Shown here piece by piece: positions 30,920-41,066 of a stretch of DNA of 64,000 nt. The stretch spans positions 128,001 through 192,000 of the forward strand of contig JAZDKB010000009.1 of NCBI GenBank assembly GCA_043803405.1, written 5' to 3'. Position 1 is the stretch's first letter, and each line of letters opens with the position of its first letter. Below the pieces are notes generated by a model. It ran no database searches. It was not told the DNA's origin and was given only the letters and a program-made list of their open reading frames with translations. This stretch comes from Spirochaetota bacterium. Its GTDB lineage: Bacteria > Spirochaetota > UBA4802 > JAFGDQ01. The position numbers and the translations under genes were made by a program.

Positions 30920-32407
30920 ATTAATAACCTTAATAAAGCCTGCAGATGAACTCCCGTTATGTAAATCTATTCTTACTCCGTTTATCCAATAACAGGCAAT
31001 ATTGGTGAATCCAAGAGTATAATACCCGGCTGCATAAACATCAGTTCCCGATACAAAAATAGAGAAAGCATATGATTTGTTACCGTCACTATCCAAAAGA
31101 GTCCTGATTCCATTTTTCCAGTAACAAGCCTGTTCATAGCTGCCATTGTTATTATATCCTGATATATAAACATCCGTGCCAGAAACAAATACCGAGAGCA
31201 GGTTATAGGAGCCAGTTATCGTTAAATCAACAGGATTGTCTGTATTTTTCCAATAGCAGGCCTTCAACTGGCTACTTGCATTATAATGAGTGCCTATTAC
31301 ATAAACATCGGTTCCCGATACAGATATAGAACTTGTAGATGCATTACCTACGCCAACCATCGGTAAATAATAAATAGTGCTATTTATCCAGTAACATGGA
31401 ATTAAGACTCCGCTCTGATAGAAGCCATTTGTATACACGTTTGATCCAGACACGAATATAGAACCGGCAGATGAATCACCTGTTGTGTTAATTAAGTCAT
31501 ATCTAGTGCTGTTTTTCCAGTAACATGCTATGTTCCGTCCACTAACATAATAACCGGATGAATATACGTCTGTTCCTGATACAAACATATCGGTTACATG
31601 TGAATTATTTTGAGTAATTAAATCAGTTTTAACTCCATTTAACCAGTAACATGCAACATTGTATGTTCCATTATAATAAGAACCAGTAACATATGTATCA
31701 GTTTCAGATACTAATACTGAAGATGCACTTGAGTTACTTGTATTATGTAAATCAATTTTTTCACCATTTTTCCAATAACATGCTACATTATATGTTCCGT
31801 TATTGTAACTACCGGCTACATAATTATCATACTTCCAAATCGCATATAGTGTTATATCTGCCGTTCCTATTAGGAATGTTTTACCTTTCAAATATGTAGT
31901 CCCTGTGCCATCGGCCGCAGAATTCCACCAAACTAGACCATAACCTGATTTAACCAGACTGTTGTTTCCAAGAATAGTAGCAGTTTGGCCTTCTTCATAA
32001 TTTGTGCTGTCTATAGGCACGTCACCACTATCTGCGTCATTAGCTATATAAATTACTTTATATGTTGGATTAGAAATCCATTTTGCATAAAGAGTAACAT
32101 TTGTGGAACCCATGGTAAATGTTTCACCTTGAGTATAGGTCGTACCATTCCCATCCTGAGTTGTGCTCCAGCCATTAAAAGAATAGTGTGCTCTAACTAA
32201 ATTTCCAGTATTTCCCAGGACTGTAACTGTTTGACCTTTTTTATAGGAGGAATAATCGTTTGGTACATATCCGCTGTTTGCTTCATTTGCTAAATAAGTA
32301 ACACTATATGTGGAATTATCAGTATTACCACTGCTCCCTCCCCCTCCTCCACAAAAAAGAGAACCTAAAATAAATAAGGAAACCAGTAATAGAGTATATC
32401 TTTTCAT
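30914..32407 (-). CDS. Surface lipoprotein with two InlB B-repeats (Listeria-Bacteroides repeat) and C-terminal ACYWKNG repeats
   Basis: 'YSVTYLAN...FNGWST...VTLYAKW' twice; repeated 'IFVSGTDVY..G...ACYWKNG' propeller-like units. Confidence 0.85.
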   Translation of the reverse strand: MKRYTLLLVSLFILGSLFCGGGGGSSGNTDNSTYSVTYLANEANSGYVPNDYSSYKKGQTVTVLGNTGNLVRAHYSFNGWSTTQDGNGTTYTQGETFTMGSTNVTLYAKWISNPTYKVIYIANDADSGDVPIDSTNYEEGQTATILGNNSLVKSGYGLVWWNSAADGTGTTYLKGKTFLIGTADITLYAIWKYDNYVAGSYNNGTYNVACYWKNGEKIDLHNTSNSSASSVLVSETDTYVTGSYYNGTYNVACYWLNGVKTDLITQNNSHVTDMFVSGTDVYSSGYYVSGRNIACYWKNSTRYDLINTTGDSSAGSIFVSGSNVYTNGFYQSGVLIPCYWINSTIYYLPMVGVGNASTSSISVSGTDVYVIGTHYNASSQLKACYWKNTDNPVDLTITGSYNLLSVFVSGTDVYISGYNNNGSYEQACYWKNGIRTLLDSDGNKSYAFSIFVSGTDVYAAGYYTLGFTNIACYWINGVRIDLHNGSSSAGFIKVINP

Positions 32408-32612
32408 TAAACAACCTCCTAATTTTTTATGTTTTTAAAAAAGCTTAATATTAACTTCTGGTTGGGAAAAAACCGAATCGCGTACTGTTATTAAAGGAAC
32501 ACGCCCTGTTAAGACGCAATCTGTAAAGAATACCTCAAAAATAGTTTATTTTGTATTTATTTTAAATAACACTGTAAATTTAATAAAAAAAATTTATGAT
32601 ATCAACCGCTAG

Positions 32613-32675
32613 GTAATGAACGCTACGTGGAGTGTAATGAATGCTACATAGAGTGTAATGAACGCTACATGGCTT
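32613..32675. repeat. 3 x 21-bp tandem repeat
   Basis: GTAATGAACGCTACGTGGAGT / GTAATGAATGCTACATAGAGT / GTAATGAACGCTACATGGCTT. Confidence 0.9.
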
Positions 32676-32849
32676 TATTTTTCATATATGTATTTTTAAG
32701 CTATTTTCATCCCGCACAAATCATTTGTCCATGTCCATAAGTTTTATTAAATATTTCAATAAATACTTAGCAAATTTAGCTGTATTTTAAAAATTAACAA
32801 TAATGCTAATATTATAATTATGATAATTATAATATATTTAATAGATTGT

Positions 32850-33157
32850 CCCCCCTCTCCTTTTTTTTTAATTAATGGGAGATGGGGCTTGGGGGTGAGG
32901 GCATGACCGTTTGTACTCGACCAATCCATGTAATCCATGGTTCGGATGTTCCTCCCTTACCCATTCTTTATATGGGAGAAGGCGACGGGCACGGAGGCCC
33001 TAGTGTCGGGCGCGGTGACGAACAGGATGTTCTAATATCGGCTATGCGACAGGAGGTCGCGTTTATAGCCGATAAATGGATGTCCGTTTGCGCCTGACTG
33101 GTTAGGAGGGTGAGGTTATGTACGCTTGCGCCTGACTGGTTAGGAAAGTGAGGTTAT
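32850..33157. repeat. Cluster of short palindromic and direct repeat remnants
   Basis: CCCCCTCTCC...GGGGCTTGGGGGTGAGG; GAACAGGATGTTC; TATCGGCTAT-GCGACAGGAGGTCGC-gttt-ATAGCCGATA; 32-bp direct repeat at 33088 and 33126. Confidence 0.7.
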
Positions 33158-33196
33158 CCCTTCTCCGAAATTTTTTAAAAAAAAACATCCAAAAAC

Positions 33197-33225
33197 TTGA
33201 CGATTCAAAAATATTAATATATTTT
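33197..33225 (+). promoter_or_regulatory. Putative sigma70 promoter of the 33307 gene
   Basis: TTGACG-17 nt-TATTTT; AAGGAG RBS at 33295-33300. Confidence 0.4.
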
Positions 33226-33306
33226 TTATAGAATTATTAAATTTCTGATATTTTAATCTGATAATTCACCTTTTAATATTAAAAAATCAAATCAAAGGAG
33301 AGTCAC

Positions 33307-34038
33307 ATGGCAACAACCGACGAAACACCGGTAAAAAAATCTTCACAAAACGAATCAGGCCACGCAATAAACGTGGCAAATTTTTCTCAGCTTGTAACGG
33401 AAATAAAATCATTCTCAGCAGACTATAACCCGTCATCGGATATACTTAAGGTAGCAAATCTCGAAACACTGCGCGACAGTGCAAAAACCGCGCTCAATTC
33501 CATGCACCAGGCAGATTCCGTGTACAGGGATGCAATAAACAAGCGCCAGCTCGAATTCGATAAAATGAGCAGTCTTGTAACGCGGATAAGCGGCGCAGTC
33601 AAAGCCGCAGGCGTAGACAGCAAAGTAAAGGAAGAAATATCATCCCTGAACAAAAAGATAAAAGGCGGAGGGATAAAATCCGAAACAACAGAAAACAGCC
33701 ATTCAACTTCCCAGATGAGTTACGATAACAGGCTCAATAATTTTACACAGCTTGTGGTTAAACTTAAAGGCATACCCGAATACAAACCCAACGAAGCATC
33801 GCTTGCACCCGATTCCCTGGACGCGTATATAAATTCGCTCGCGCAGGTAACGGAAAGCGCGGATAAAGCATGGAGCGAGCTGGACAGGGCGCGCAGCGAG
33901 CGCGACCGTTTACTGTATTCCGATATCAACAACCTGGTGCCTGTTGCGCTCAGGGTCAAGGAGTATACCAAAAGCCTTTACGGCACCAAAAGCAGGGAGT
34001 ACAAGGCAGTATCTGCTTTAAAATTTAAAAATAATTAA
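33307..34038 (+). CDS. Uncharacterised all-alpha-helical protein ('ESGHAINVANF...YNPS...SQMSYD...YKPNE' type)
   Basis: 243 aa, strong RBS, amphipathic helices, internal YNPS/YKPNE pseudo-repeat. Confidence 0.85.
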   Translation: MATTDETPVKKSSQNESGHAINVANFSQLVTEIKSFSADYNPSSDILKVANLETLRDSAKTALNSMHQADSVYRDAINKRQLEFDKMSSLVTRISGAVKAAGVDSKVKEEISSLNKKIKGGGIKSETTENSHSTSQMSYDNRLNNFTQLVVKLKGIPEYKPNEASLAPDSLDAYINSLAQVTESADKAWSELDRARSERDRLLYSDINNLVPVALRVKEYTKSLYGTKSREYKAVSALKFKNN

Positions 34039-34049
34039 TGATACTTACA

Positions 34050-34091
34050 GCAGGGCGCGGATGCTTCAACAGGTTTCATGCCGCGCGCTGC
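34050..34091 (+). other. GC-rich hairpin directly after the stop codon, ahead of the repeat array
   Basis: GCAGGGCGCGG-ATG...CAT-G-CCGCGCGCTGC; no U-tract follows. Confidence 0.55.
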
Positions 34092-34159
34092 TTAACCCCA
34101 TGGCAGGCAAACAAGACCCTTGTCATTTTGCAAAGCATTTCACACAACACGCTTTCCCC

Positions 34160-34516
34160 CGCGTATATCATGCACCCGCGGAACATATAAACGCAATCCC
34201 GTATACATATCGCTATCCCTCGCGTGATTCATACGCATCCCCGGATGCATATCGCATTCCCTCGTATGATTCTTTTACGGCCTCGGATACATCTAGCTTC
34301 CCCTCGCATGATTCTTTTACGGCCTCGGATACATATCGCATTCCCGCACATGATTCTTTTACGGCCTCGGATGCATATCGCTTCCCCTCGCATGATTCTT
34401 TCGCAGCCTCGGATACATATCGCTTCCCCTCAATGTTATATTGCTTTATATCAGAGTATTATAGAACTATACCGGAGTGTTATTGCTTCTTCAAGGGGAT
34501 GTTTTGCTTTAAAAGT
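34160..34516. repeat. Array of 21-nt units; core 34202-34432 is 11 alternating A/B units (42-nt higher-order period)
   Basis: A ~ GATRCATATCGCWTYCCCTCG, B ~ CATGATTCTTTTACGGCCTCG; degenerate in-phase units on both flanks. Confidence 0.92.
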
Positions 34517-34536
34517 CTATTTAACTAGACAGTTCA

Positions 34537-34651
34537 GAATAATCAAAAAGGATAATATCTATGGAGCAGGCGACAGGACGTCGCCGGAACTGCGTAAAAC
34601 AGGATGTTTTTTACGCAGTTCCGGAATAGATATTATCCTTTTTGATTATTC
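34537..34651. mobile_element. MITE-like palindromic element
   Basis: Perfect 26-bp terminal IR GAATAATCAAAAAGGATAATATCTAT; internal hairpins GGCGAC-aggac-GTCGCC and CCGGAACTGCGTAAAA/TTTTACGCAGTTCCGG. Confidence 0.75.
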
Positions 34652-34919
34652 ATAGCACAATTTTTAATCTACCGGAACATTTCACATTAACTCCCTCTTT
34701 ATTACATTTTTAAACAGCAATTTGTGTGATTTTTTTGAAATAACAGATCAATTGTACGAAATAAGGTTGATTTTCCGTTGCGGTATTCCTATCAGTCTAT
34801 CATATCAATCATTAAAATACGATTATATTGAGATATATCAAAGCCCTTAAATCCGGGCATACTGCCGGATGTGACCGGCAAATATATATTAATTTTATTA
34901 ACGAACAAAACATATACTT

Positions 34920-36236
34920 ATGCTACCCGATTTATTTATAAAATTAATTCTTTCTATTGTTTTTGGCGCTACAATCGGACTGGAGCGCGAAAGCAGCAAT
35001 CCGGGTGATAACACTATCGGAGGTATCCGGACCTTTTCGCTGATAGCACTTGCCGGTGCCTTAACAGGAGTTTTATATTCAGAGAACTACATTCCTTTCG
35101 CGATTGTTATTTCTGCTGCCTTTTCCATACTGATAATTTCTTATTACATTATCGGGTCTTCATCAACCAAAGACTATGGGCTGACTAGTGAAATTTCAGC
35201 ATTAATAACTTATTTAATAGGAGCACTTTTAGTCTTAAATATAATTCCGCTTCGGATAACTATTGCGATTTTTATAATTATTGTATTCATTCTTTCCATC
35301 AAATCCAGGACAACCCGGCTGGCAGAAGGAATCTCAAGAAATGAACTGCATTCTTTTATCAGCTATGCCATTATCGCCCTTGTTGTATTACCGGTTTTGC
35401 CCGATGTTTCGTACAGATTAAAAGACATTCCGATATTGCCCGAAATCATGCGGGAATTAAATATTGATCTGGGACAATTCAATACACTTGATTTAATAAA
35501 TCCGCGGAAAATCTGGTTTGTAGTAGTTCTTATTACCGGAATCGATGTATCCGGATATATACTTGGAAGAATTGTCGGCAACAAGAGAGGTTTTGCAGTT
35601 ACCAGTTTAATCGCAGGATTTGTTTCGTCTACTTCTGCCACTCAGTCATTGGCGCAGCAAAGCAGGAAGACAAATTTTATAAACAATCTCACCGGAGCCG
35701 CAGTACTGGCAAATATGGCGAGTTTCTTTCAAGTAATTTTACTGATAGGCCCGTTAAACGCAAAATGGCTTGCTTCAATCTTTCCGAGTATCCTGCTGAT
35801 GATAATTTCGGCAGGAATTACCGCGTACCTGTTTTTAAGATTAAAAGAACCGCAAAATGAAGAGGCAGGGGAAGAAAAAAAGCAAAAAAAAATATTCTCT
35901 CTCATGCCGGCGCTTAAATTTGCAGGTATACTGATTACGGTAAAAATTGTGACCAAAATATGTTTAATCCTTTTTGGAAAGTCAGGATTCATAATAAGTT
36001 CCGTTATAGCTTCTTTTGCCGGGATTGACGCAATAATGGTTAACCTTGCAGAGATGGCCGGCAACACCATTACCTTCGAATTTGCATTTCTGAATTTTAT
36101 TTTAATCAATGCTACTAATCTAATGAGTAAAACTGTTTACTCCTATTTACAGGGAAGCCGCCAATTTGCTTTCAAATTTATGACTTCTTCAATTATTATA
36201 ATAACTGCAAGCGCGATCTGGCTCATCTTTATCTGA
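34920..36236 (+). CDS. MgtC/SapB family membrane protein with DUF4010
   Basis: 'GATIGLERE...GGIRTF', 'GLTSEI', 'GFVSSTSAT'; multi-TM. Confidence 0.9.
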   Translation: MLPDLFIKLILSIVFGATIGLERESSNPGDNTIGGIRTFSLIALAGALTGVLYSENYIPFAIVISAAFSILIISYYIIGSSSTKDYGLTSEISALITYLIGALLVLNIIPLRITIAIFIIIVFILSIKSRTTRLAEGISRNELHSFISYAIIALVVLPVLPDVSYRLKDIPILPEIMRELNIDLGQFNTLDLINPRKIWFVVVLITGIDVSGYILGRIVGNKRGFAVTSLIAGFVSSTSATQSLAQQSRKTNFINNLTGAAVLANMASFFQVILLIGPLNAKWLASIFPSILLMIISAGITAYLFLRLKEPQNEEAGEEKKQKKIFSLMPALKFAGILITVKIVTKICLILFGKSGFIISSVIASFAGIDAIMVNLAEMAGNTITFEFAFLNFILINATNLMSKTVYSYLQGSRQFAFKFMTSSIIIITASAIWLIFI

Positions 36237-36323
36237 CAGGTTCCGGAAAAATTCGAAACCTCATAAAATACAGTAAAATAATTAAAAACGCATTCAAAAG
36301 AAACAAAGGAAATTTTATTGTAA

Positions 36324-38858
36324 TCAGGAGAGTTTCAATCGATACTGTATGGCGCGTGCCAGTTCTCGCTGCGTAATTGGTTTATTGATCAGCGTCTGAA
36401 TGCCGATCTGTTTTGCTCTTTCTTCGATAACTTTATCAAAATAACCGGAACAGAGCACAATAGGGATATCCAAACGTATTTGCCTAACTTTCTCGGCAAG
36501 TTCAATCCCTGTTAACTTCGGCATGGTATAATCGGTAATCACAAGGTCGAATGCGGAAGGGTCCTGCCGGAATATTTCCAGTGCTTCATTGCTGTCAGTG
36601 AAGCCTTTGACCTTATAACCAAGATTCTCCAGCATTGTTTTCTCGATCGTAACAATGTTTATCTCATCATCAATCAGCAATATCCTTTCAGTTCCGGCGG
36701 CCAATTCAACGTCGGCCTGTTCTTCCCTGGGAGCAGTATCTCCGCCGGCTGCAGGCAGGTAAATAGTAAATTCCGTCCCTTTCCCGATTTCGCTGGATAC
36801 AGTGATAATACCTCCGAAATTTTTTACAATACCGTGAACAACTGAGAGCCCCAGGCCGGTTCCTGCGCCTTTCTCTTTAGTCGTAAAAAACGGCTCAAAG
36901 ATACGTTCAAGGTTCTCAGGTGGAATGCCATGCCCGGTATCAGAAATTTTTAAACGTACATAGCTGCCGCGTTTTAACTCGGGATAAAGCAGCAGGAACT
37001 GTTCGTCTGCTGTTACATCATCAAGACTGACTTTAAGTACCCCGCCTTTCACCCTCATGGCATGGGACGCGTTAGTACAGAGATTCATGATTATCTGGTG
37101 AAACTGGGTCGTATCACCTATGATCGGGGTTGTACTGGTTATTGTCTCCTGTATTTCAATAGTGCTTGGGAGTGATGCGCGTAAAAGTTTCATTATTTCC
37201 TTAATGAGAGGCTGCGGCGCTATAGATACATACTCCTGTTCGGTTTTGCGGCTGAACGTCAATATGTGGTTGACCAGGTCACGGGCACGACCGGCCGCGC
37301 TCAGGACATTCTGAATATACTGCCCGCTCTTTTCGACGTCTTCCTTGTTAAGCAGAGCTAATTCCGCGTAACCGAAAATTCCGCTCAGGATGTTGTTAAA
37401 GTCATGTGCAATCCCGCCTGCAAGGGTTCCAATTGCTTCCATCTTTTGCGATTGACGGAGTTGCGCTTCCATACGGAGTTCGCGTGTAATATCGCGTCCT
37501 ATTTCCAGGTAACCGCTTATCATTCCTTTACTATTGCGTATTGGTGTAATGGTTACTTCGAGGCAGAAACGGGATGCGTCATCCGTTACGCAGCCTTTCC
37601 ATATTTTACCCTGATTAAGAATTTGCCAGACATCTTCAGGCTGTATCCCTTCATTATTCTTAAGAAGAGGTTCGCTGCCGATAAGATCATCGGCCGGACG
37701 GCCGCTGATCTTTTCCATTGCGGGATTCACAAACTGCACCTTCCTGTCAAGGCCTATAATGCATACCGTTTCTGTTGCCTGTTCAATTGCCTTATTCAGG
37801 TTACTTAAAGTTTTCTGTATCGGCGAACTGATAGTCCTGACAATTACAAAAATGGCAATAAACAGCACAACAGACGATAAAATACCGTTAATAATACTTG
37901 CCCATACAAGATTCTTTGCTTTTTTCAGAACAGTAGGAAGCGGAACATTAATGCCGAAACTCCACGGCGCATCCGATTTACCTATCTTAACAGGGACAAT
38001 ATGTACATACCACGTAAGGCCTGTCAGCGGGGATGTCCTGACCTCGCTAATTTCTTTCCCCTGCAGAATAGCATCAATCGTCTTTTGGGGAGCCCCGAAC
38101 TTAGGTTCCGCTATATTATAACCTAAATAAATGTCCCACGGATGGGCTACAAAGACACCGGTGTTGGATACCATAAAGGCAAAAGTCTTTTCATCAAGAG
38201 GCCTGATATTTCCCAGACGCTTCGACAGATCCGATAGTGCAAGATCGATCCCGACTATTCCCATCACCCTGCCATTATCAATAATAGGAACGCAGAAGCT
38301 TGTCATTAGGGTTGATGCATCGGCTCCCCTGAATACTTCGTTAACAGTTTCTTTTTTGGACTGTCCGGTCAGGCGATAGCAGTCCCCATGCCGCTTATCC
38401 CATAATCCCGCATCACCTCTAATTATCCTGTATTTTCCACGGTATGCATAGGGAGTAAAACTGCTGACAGCAGTAATCCCGGTATTTGCGCCGGCAGAAA
38501 ACGCACCAGCACTAAACAAAGCCCAGACAACCGATTTAGCAGGCAGAAAATCGACGAAAAGTTCCGTGTTTTTCATTATGGAGGCTCGCTGATCTGCATT
38601 GGCCTGTAGCAATACGCTATGCACTGTTATGGCATATGCCCGGGCAATTGCCATTATATCACCGAGCTCCTTTTCCACATCATGGGAATGGCGGTAAGCA
38701 ATCTCCCTGACTTTACTGAAAGACTCTTCTTTAAGTTCTTCTGCTGAATTTACAACTATGAGCCCCAGCGTTATCAGGCTTATGACCAGAACTGCAGTCG
38801 AAATTAAAAGGAATATCTTAGTCTGAAGCCTTAATTGCAGTTTCAGTTTTTTTACCAT
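36324..38858 (-). CDS. Hybrid sensor histidine kinase/response regulator (Cache-PAS-HisKA-HATPase-REC)
   Basis: '[15 protein letters not shown]', '[14 protein letters not shown]', '[11 protein letters not shown]'. Confidence 0.93.
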   Translation of the reverse strand: MVKKLKLQLRLQTKIFLLISTAVLVISLITLGLIVVNSAEELKEESFSKVREIAYRHSHDVEKELGDIMAIARAYAITVHSVLLQANADQRASIMKNTELFVDFLPAKSVVWALFSAGAFSAGANTGITAVSSFTPYAYRGKYRIIRGDAGLWDKRHGDCYRLTGQSKKETVNEVFRGADASTLMTSFCVPIIDNGRVMGIVGIDLALSDLSKRLGNIRPLDEKTFAFMVSNTGVFVAHPWDIYLGYNIAEPKFGAPQKTIDAILQGKEISEVRTSPLTGLTWYVHIVPVKIGKSDAPWSFGINVPLPTVLKKAKNLVWASIINGILSSVVLFIAIFVIVRTISSPIQKTLSNLNKAIEQATETVCIIGLDRKVQFVNPAMEKISGRPADDLIGSEPLLKNNEGIQPEDVWQILNQGKIWKGCVTDDASRFCLEVTITPIRNSKGMISGYLEIGRDITRELRMEAQLRQSQKMEAIGTLAGGIAHDFNNILSGIFGYAELALLNKEDVEKSGQYIQNVLSAAGRARDLVNHILTFSRKTEQEYVSIAPQPLIKEIMKLLRASLPSTIEIQETITSTTPIIGDTTQFHQIIMNLCTNASHAMRVKGGVLKVSLDDVTADEQFLLLYPELKRGSYVRLKISDTGHGIPPENLERIFEPFFTTKEKGAGTGLGLSVVHGIVKNFGGIITVSSEIGKGTEFTIYLPAAGGDTAPREEQADVELAAGTERILLIDDEINIVTIEKTMLENLGYKVKGFTDSNEALEIFRQDPSAFDLVITDYTMPKLTGIELAEKVRQIRLDIPIVLCSGYFDKVIEERAKQIGIQTLINKPITQRELARAIQYRLKLS

Positions 38859-39026
38859 TTTAGACCTTTTGTTTGCTCATATAAGCAATTGATTGTCATA
38901 ATGGAATTATCGCAAAATTATTATTTAAGATTTCCGATTATTAAAATTAATTAAAAAAATTTTATTAACTTCTGTACTGCAGTTTAAGCCTACAGCCTAT
39001 TTTTGAAAAAGTCAATTTACATTTGT

Positions 39027-39815
39027 TTAATAACTCATTCTGTTTCTTCTTCTCTTCTTTCCGGAGTTCGCGGATTGCTTCTTTGAAGGAATTTGCTGTG
39101 GTTTCCCGCACACAATGATGGCAGCAACGCCGAATGTCTGCGGATAACGCGCTACGTTGGTAAAACCGCCCTTCCCGAGCATCAGCTTCAGATCGTCCGG
39201 GTCAACGAATGTCCTTATAGTGTTTGAAAGATATTTATACGCCATCTGTTTGCCGGAAACAAGCCCGCCTATAAATGGCAGCAGTTTATTAAGATACAGA
39301 GCATAGACAATCTTTACGAACCAATTGCGCGGACGCACGAGTTCAAGAATAGCAAGCTCGCCGCCAGGCGCGAGCACGCGGTGTACTTCTGCGATAAAGT
39401 TGCGAAGGTCGGGAATGTTCCGGATGCCGAACGCTATTGCAGCTGCCGTGAAAGCACAGTCCACGAACGGGAGCCTGCTGGCGTCCGCAGCAACGCAATG
39501 GCCGAGGAGCGCACGCCTCTCCTTTCCCCTCGCTAGCATTTTGAGCGAGAAATCGAGCGATACAACCTCGGCGCCCTGCCTGTGCATCAGCAGAGAAAGG
39601 TCGCCTGTGCCGCAGCAAAGGTCAAGAACGCGTGCATCTTTTACAGAATGGATAAGCTTAAAAATTTTCTTCCGCCACAGCACATCTGTGCCGAAAGAAA
39701 GCAGGTGATTCAGCAGATCATAAGTCGGAACAATATCATCAAACAGTTTGCGGATAAAACGCTTTTTATCTTCGGGGTTTTCATTGTTAAGTTCATACGA
39801 CAGCGAAGGCTTCAT
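39027..39815 (-). CDS. menG: UbiE/MenG demethylmenaquinone methyltransferase
   Basis: 'YDLLNHLLSFGTD..WR', 'LDLCCGTGD', 'AFGIRN'. Confidence 0.9.
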   Translation of the reverse strand: MKPSLSYELNNENPEDKKRFIRKLFDDIVPTYDLLNHLLSFGTDVLWRKKIFKLIHSVKDARVLDLCCGTGDLSLLMHRQGAEVVSLDFSLKMLARGKERRALLGHCVAADASRLPFVDCAFTAAAIAFGIRNIPDLRNFIAEVHRVLAPGGELAILELVRPRNWFVKIVYALYLNKLLPFIGGLVSGKQMAYKYLSNTIRTFVDPDDLKLMLGKGGFTNVARYPQTFGVAAIIVCGKPQQIPSKKQSANSGKKRRRNRMSY

Positions 39816-39834
39816 TCATATCTCCAAAAACTAA

Positions 39835-39945
39835 CCATAGAGGGCACAGAGAAGTCACAGAGAACGCAGAGACAAACAAAAGAATTTTTAAAAAATTTAT
39901 AATCCTTTCTCTGTGACCTCTGTGATTTCTCCGTGATCTCTATGG
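39835..39945. repeat. Inverted repeat built from (C)ACAGAG / CTCTGT(G) units
   Basis: CCATAGAG-GGCACAGAG-AAGTCACAGAG-AACGCAGAG ... CTCTGTGAC-CTCTGTGATTT-CTCCGTGAT-CTCTATGG. Confidence 0.75.
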
Positions 39946-39974
39946 CGATCTTTTAATAATTCATATTTTGTAAA

Positions 39975-41036
39975 TCAATAATATTTTACGGCTTCGTAAG
40001 CCGAGTTTCTTTCGACAGGCACTTTGCCAGCGTTTGTTATAATATCGATAAACTCCTGTTTGCTCGAGCGCGTCTCAATGCCGGTGGACTTTACCACAAC
40101 CTCTTCGGTCAGCACTCCGCCCATGTCGTTCGCTCCCATTGCGAGCGCGACCTGCGCGAGCTTCAATCCCTCGGTGAGCCAGCCTGCCTGTATGTACACA
40201 ACGTTATCTAAAAATATTCTTGATACTGCAACAACTTTAAGGTAGTCCATGCCTGTAGCAGGCACAATATCCTCCATCTGAGTGTGCGCGGGCGAGAACG
40301 ACCACGGAATGAAAGCTCGTATAATTCCGGTGCTGTCCTGAACATCGCGCACAACCCGAAGATGCTCCACCCTGTCGGCAAGAGTCTCGCCCATGCCGTA
40401 AGTCATTGTCGCGGACGACATCATGCCGTGCTTCTTAAGCGCCTGCATTACGCCCTGCCAGTCACGCGTGCTAATCTTGTTAGGGCACACCCTTTGCCGC
40501 ACGTTGTCCACCAGCAGATCGGACGCCCCTGGCACTGAATCGAGCCCTGCTTCCTGTAAAGCAGAAAGAACTTCATCAACACTTAAACCAGCTTTCTTAG
40601 AAATATGCAAAAGCTCGGAAGGAGAAAAAGAATGCAGTTTGATGTTCGGGAAACGCGTTTTTACTGTTCTAAGAATCTGTGAATATCTATCGAGAGTATA
40701 GTCCGGGTGCAGCCCCCCCTGAAGCATAATCTGCGTGCCGCCTGCAGAGGCAAGCTCTTCCGCTTTGCGCAGGATATCTTCGAGTGTCAGCTCGTACGGA
40801 TCCATTCTCCCAGCCTTTGCATGAAATGCACAGAAGCTGCACTTCGCTTCGCAAATATTGCTGTAATTGATAATGCGGTCTATGATGAATCCTACATCTT
40901 CTTTCGGGAATATGACGCGCCGCCTGTAGTCCGCTGCCATGCCGAGTTCAAGTATGTCCCACGCAAAAAGCCCGGCCGCTTCTTCCGGCGTTATGCGCTC
41001 GTTATCGTATATCTTTTGTTTTAATGAATTATTCAT
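39975..41036 (-). CDS. mqnC: Cyclic dehypoxanthine futalosine synthase (radical SAM)
   Basis: 'IDRIINYSNICEAKCSFCAF', 'MLQGGLHP', 'FIPWSF'; start moved to MNNSLKQ because the ORF-track start lies inside a REP. Confidence 0.85.
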   Translation of the reverse strand: MNNSLKQKIYDNERITPEEAAGLFAWDILELGMAADYRRRVIFPKEDVGFIIDRIINYSNICEAKCSFCAFHAKAGRMDPYELTLEDILRKAEELASAGGTQIMLQGGLHPDYTLDRYSQILRTVKTRFPNIKLHSFSPSELLHISKKAGLSVDEVLSALQEAGLDSVPGASDLLVDNVRQRVCPNKISTRDWQGVMQALKKHGMMSSATMTYGMGETLADRVEHLRVVRDVQDSTGIIRAFIPWSFSPAHTQMEDIVPATGMDYLKVVAVSRIFLDNVVYIQAGWLTEGLKLAQVALAMGANDMGGVLTEEVVVKSTGIETRSSKQEFIDIITNAGKVPVERNSAYEAVKYY

Positions 41037-41066
41037 GTAATTAATATTATTATTTCCTGTATGTTT

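Noticed and set aside
34202..34432. CRISPR or TIGR-type guide array
   Set aside because: Alternating units are near-identical rather than unique spacers; no cas or Nop-domain gene is nearby; the period is 21/42 nt.
34061..34655. ORFs 34061..34528 and 34224..34655 as real proteins
   Set aside because: Two overlapping frames are both open simply because the 21-nt units lack stops. There is no clear RBS, and one frame runs into a MITE. Not fully excluded.
18543..34700. Integron integrase or prophage
   Set aside because: No tyrosine recombinase motifs and no phage structural or replication genes in any listed ORF.
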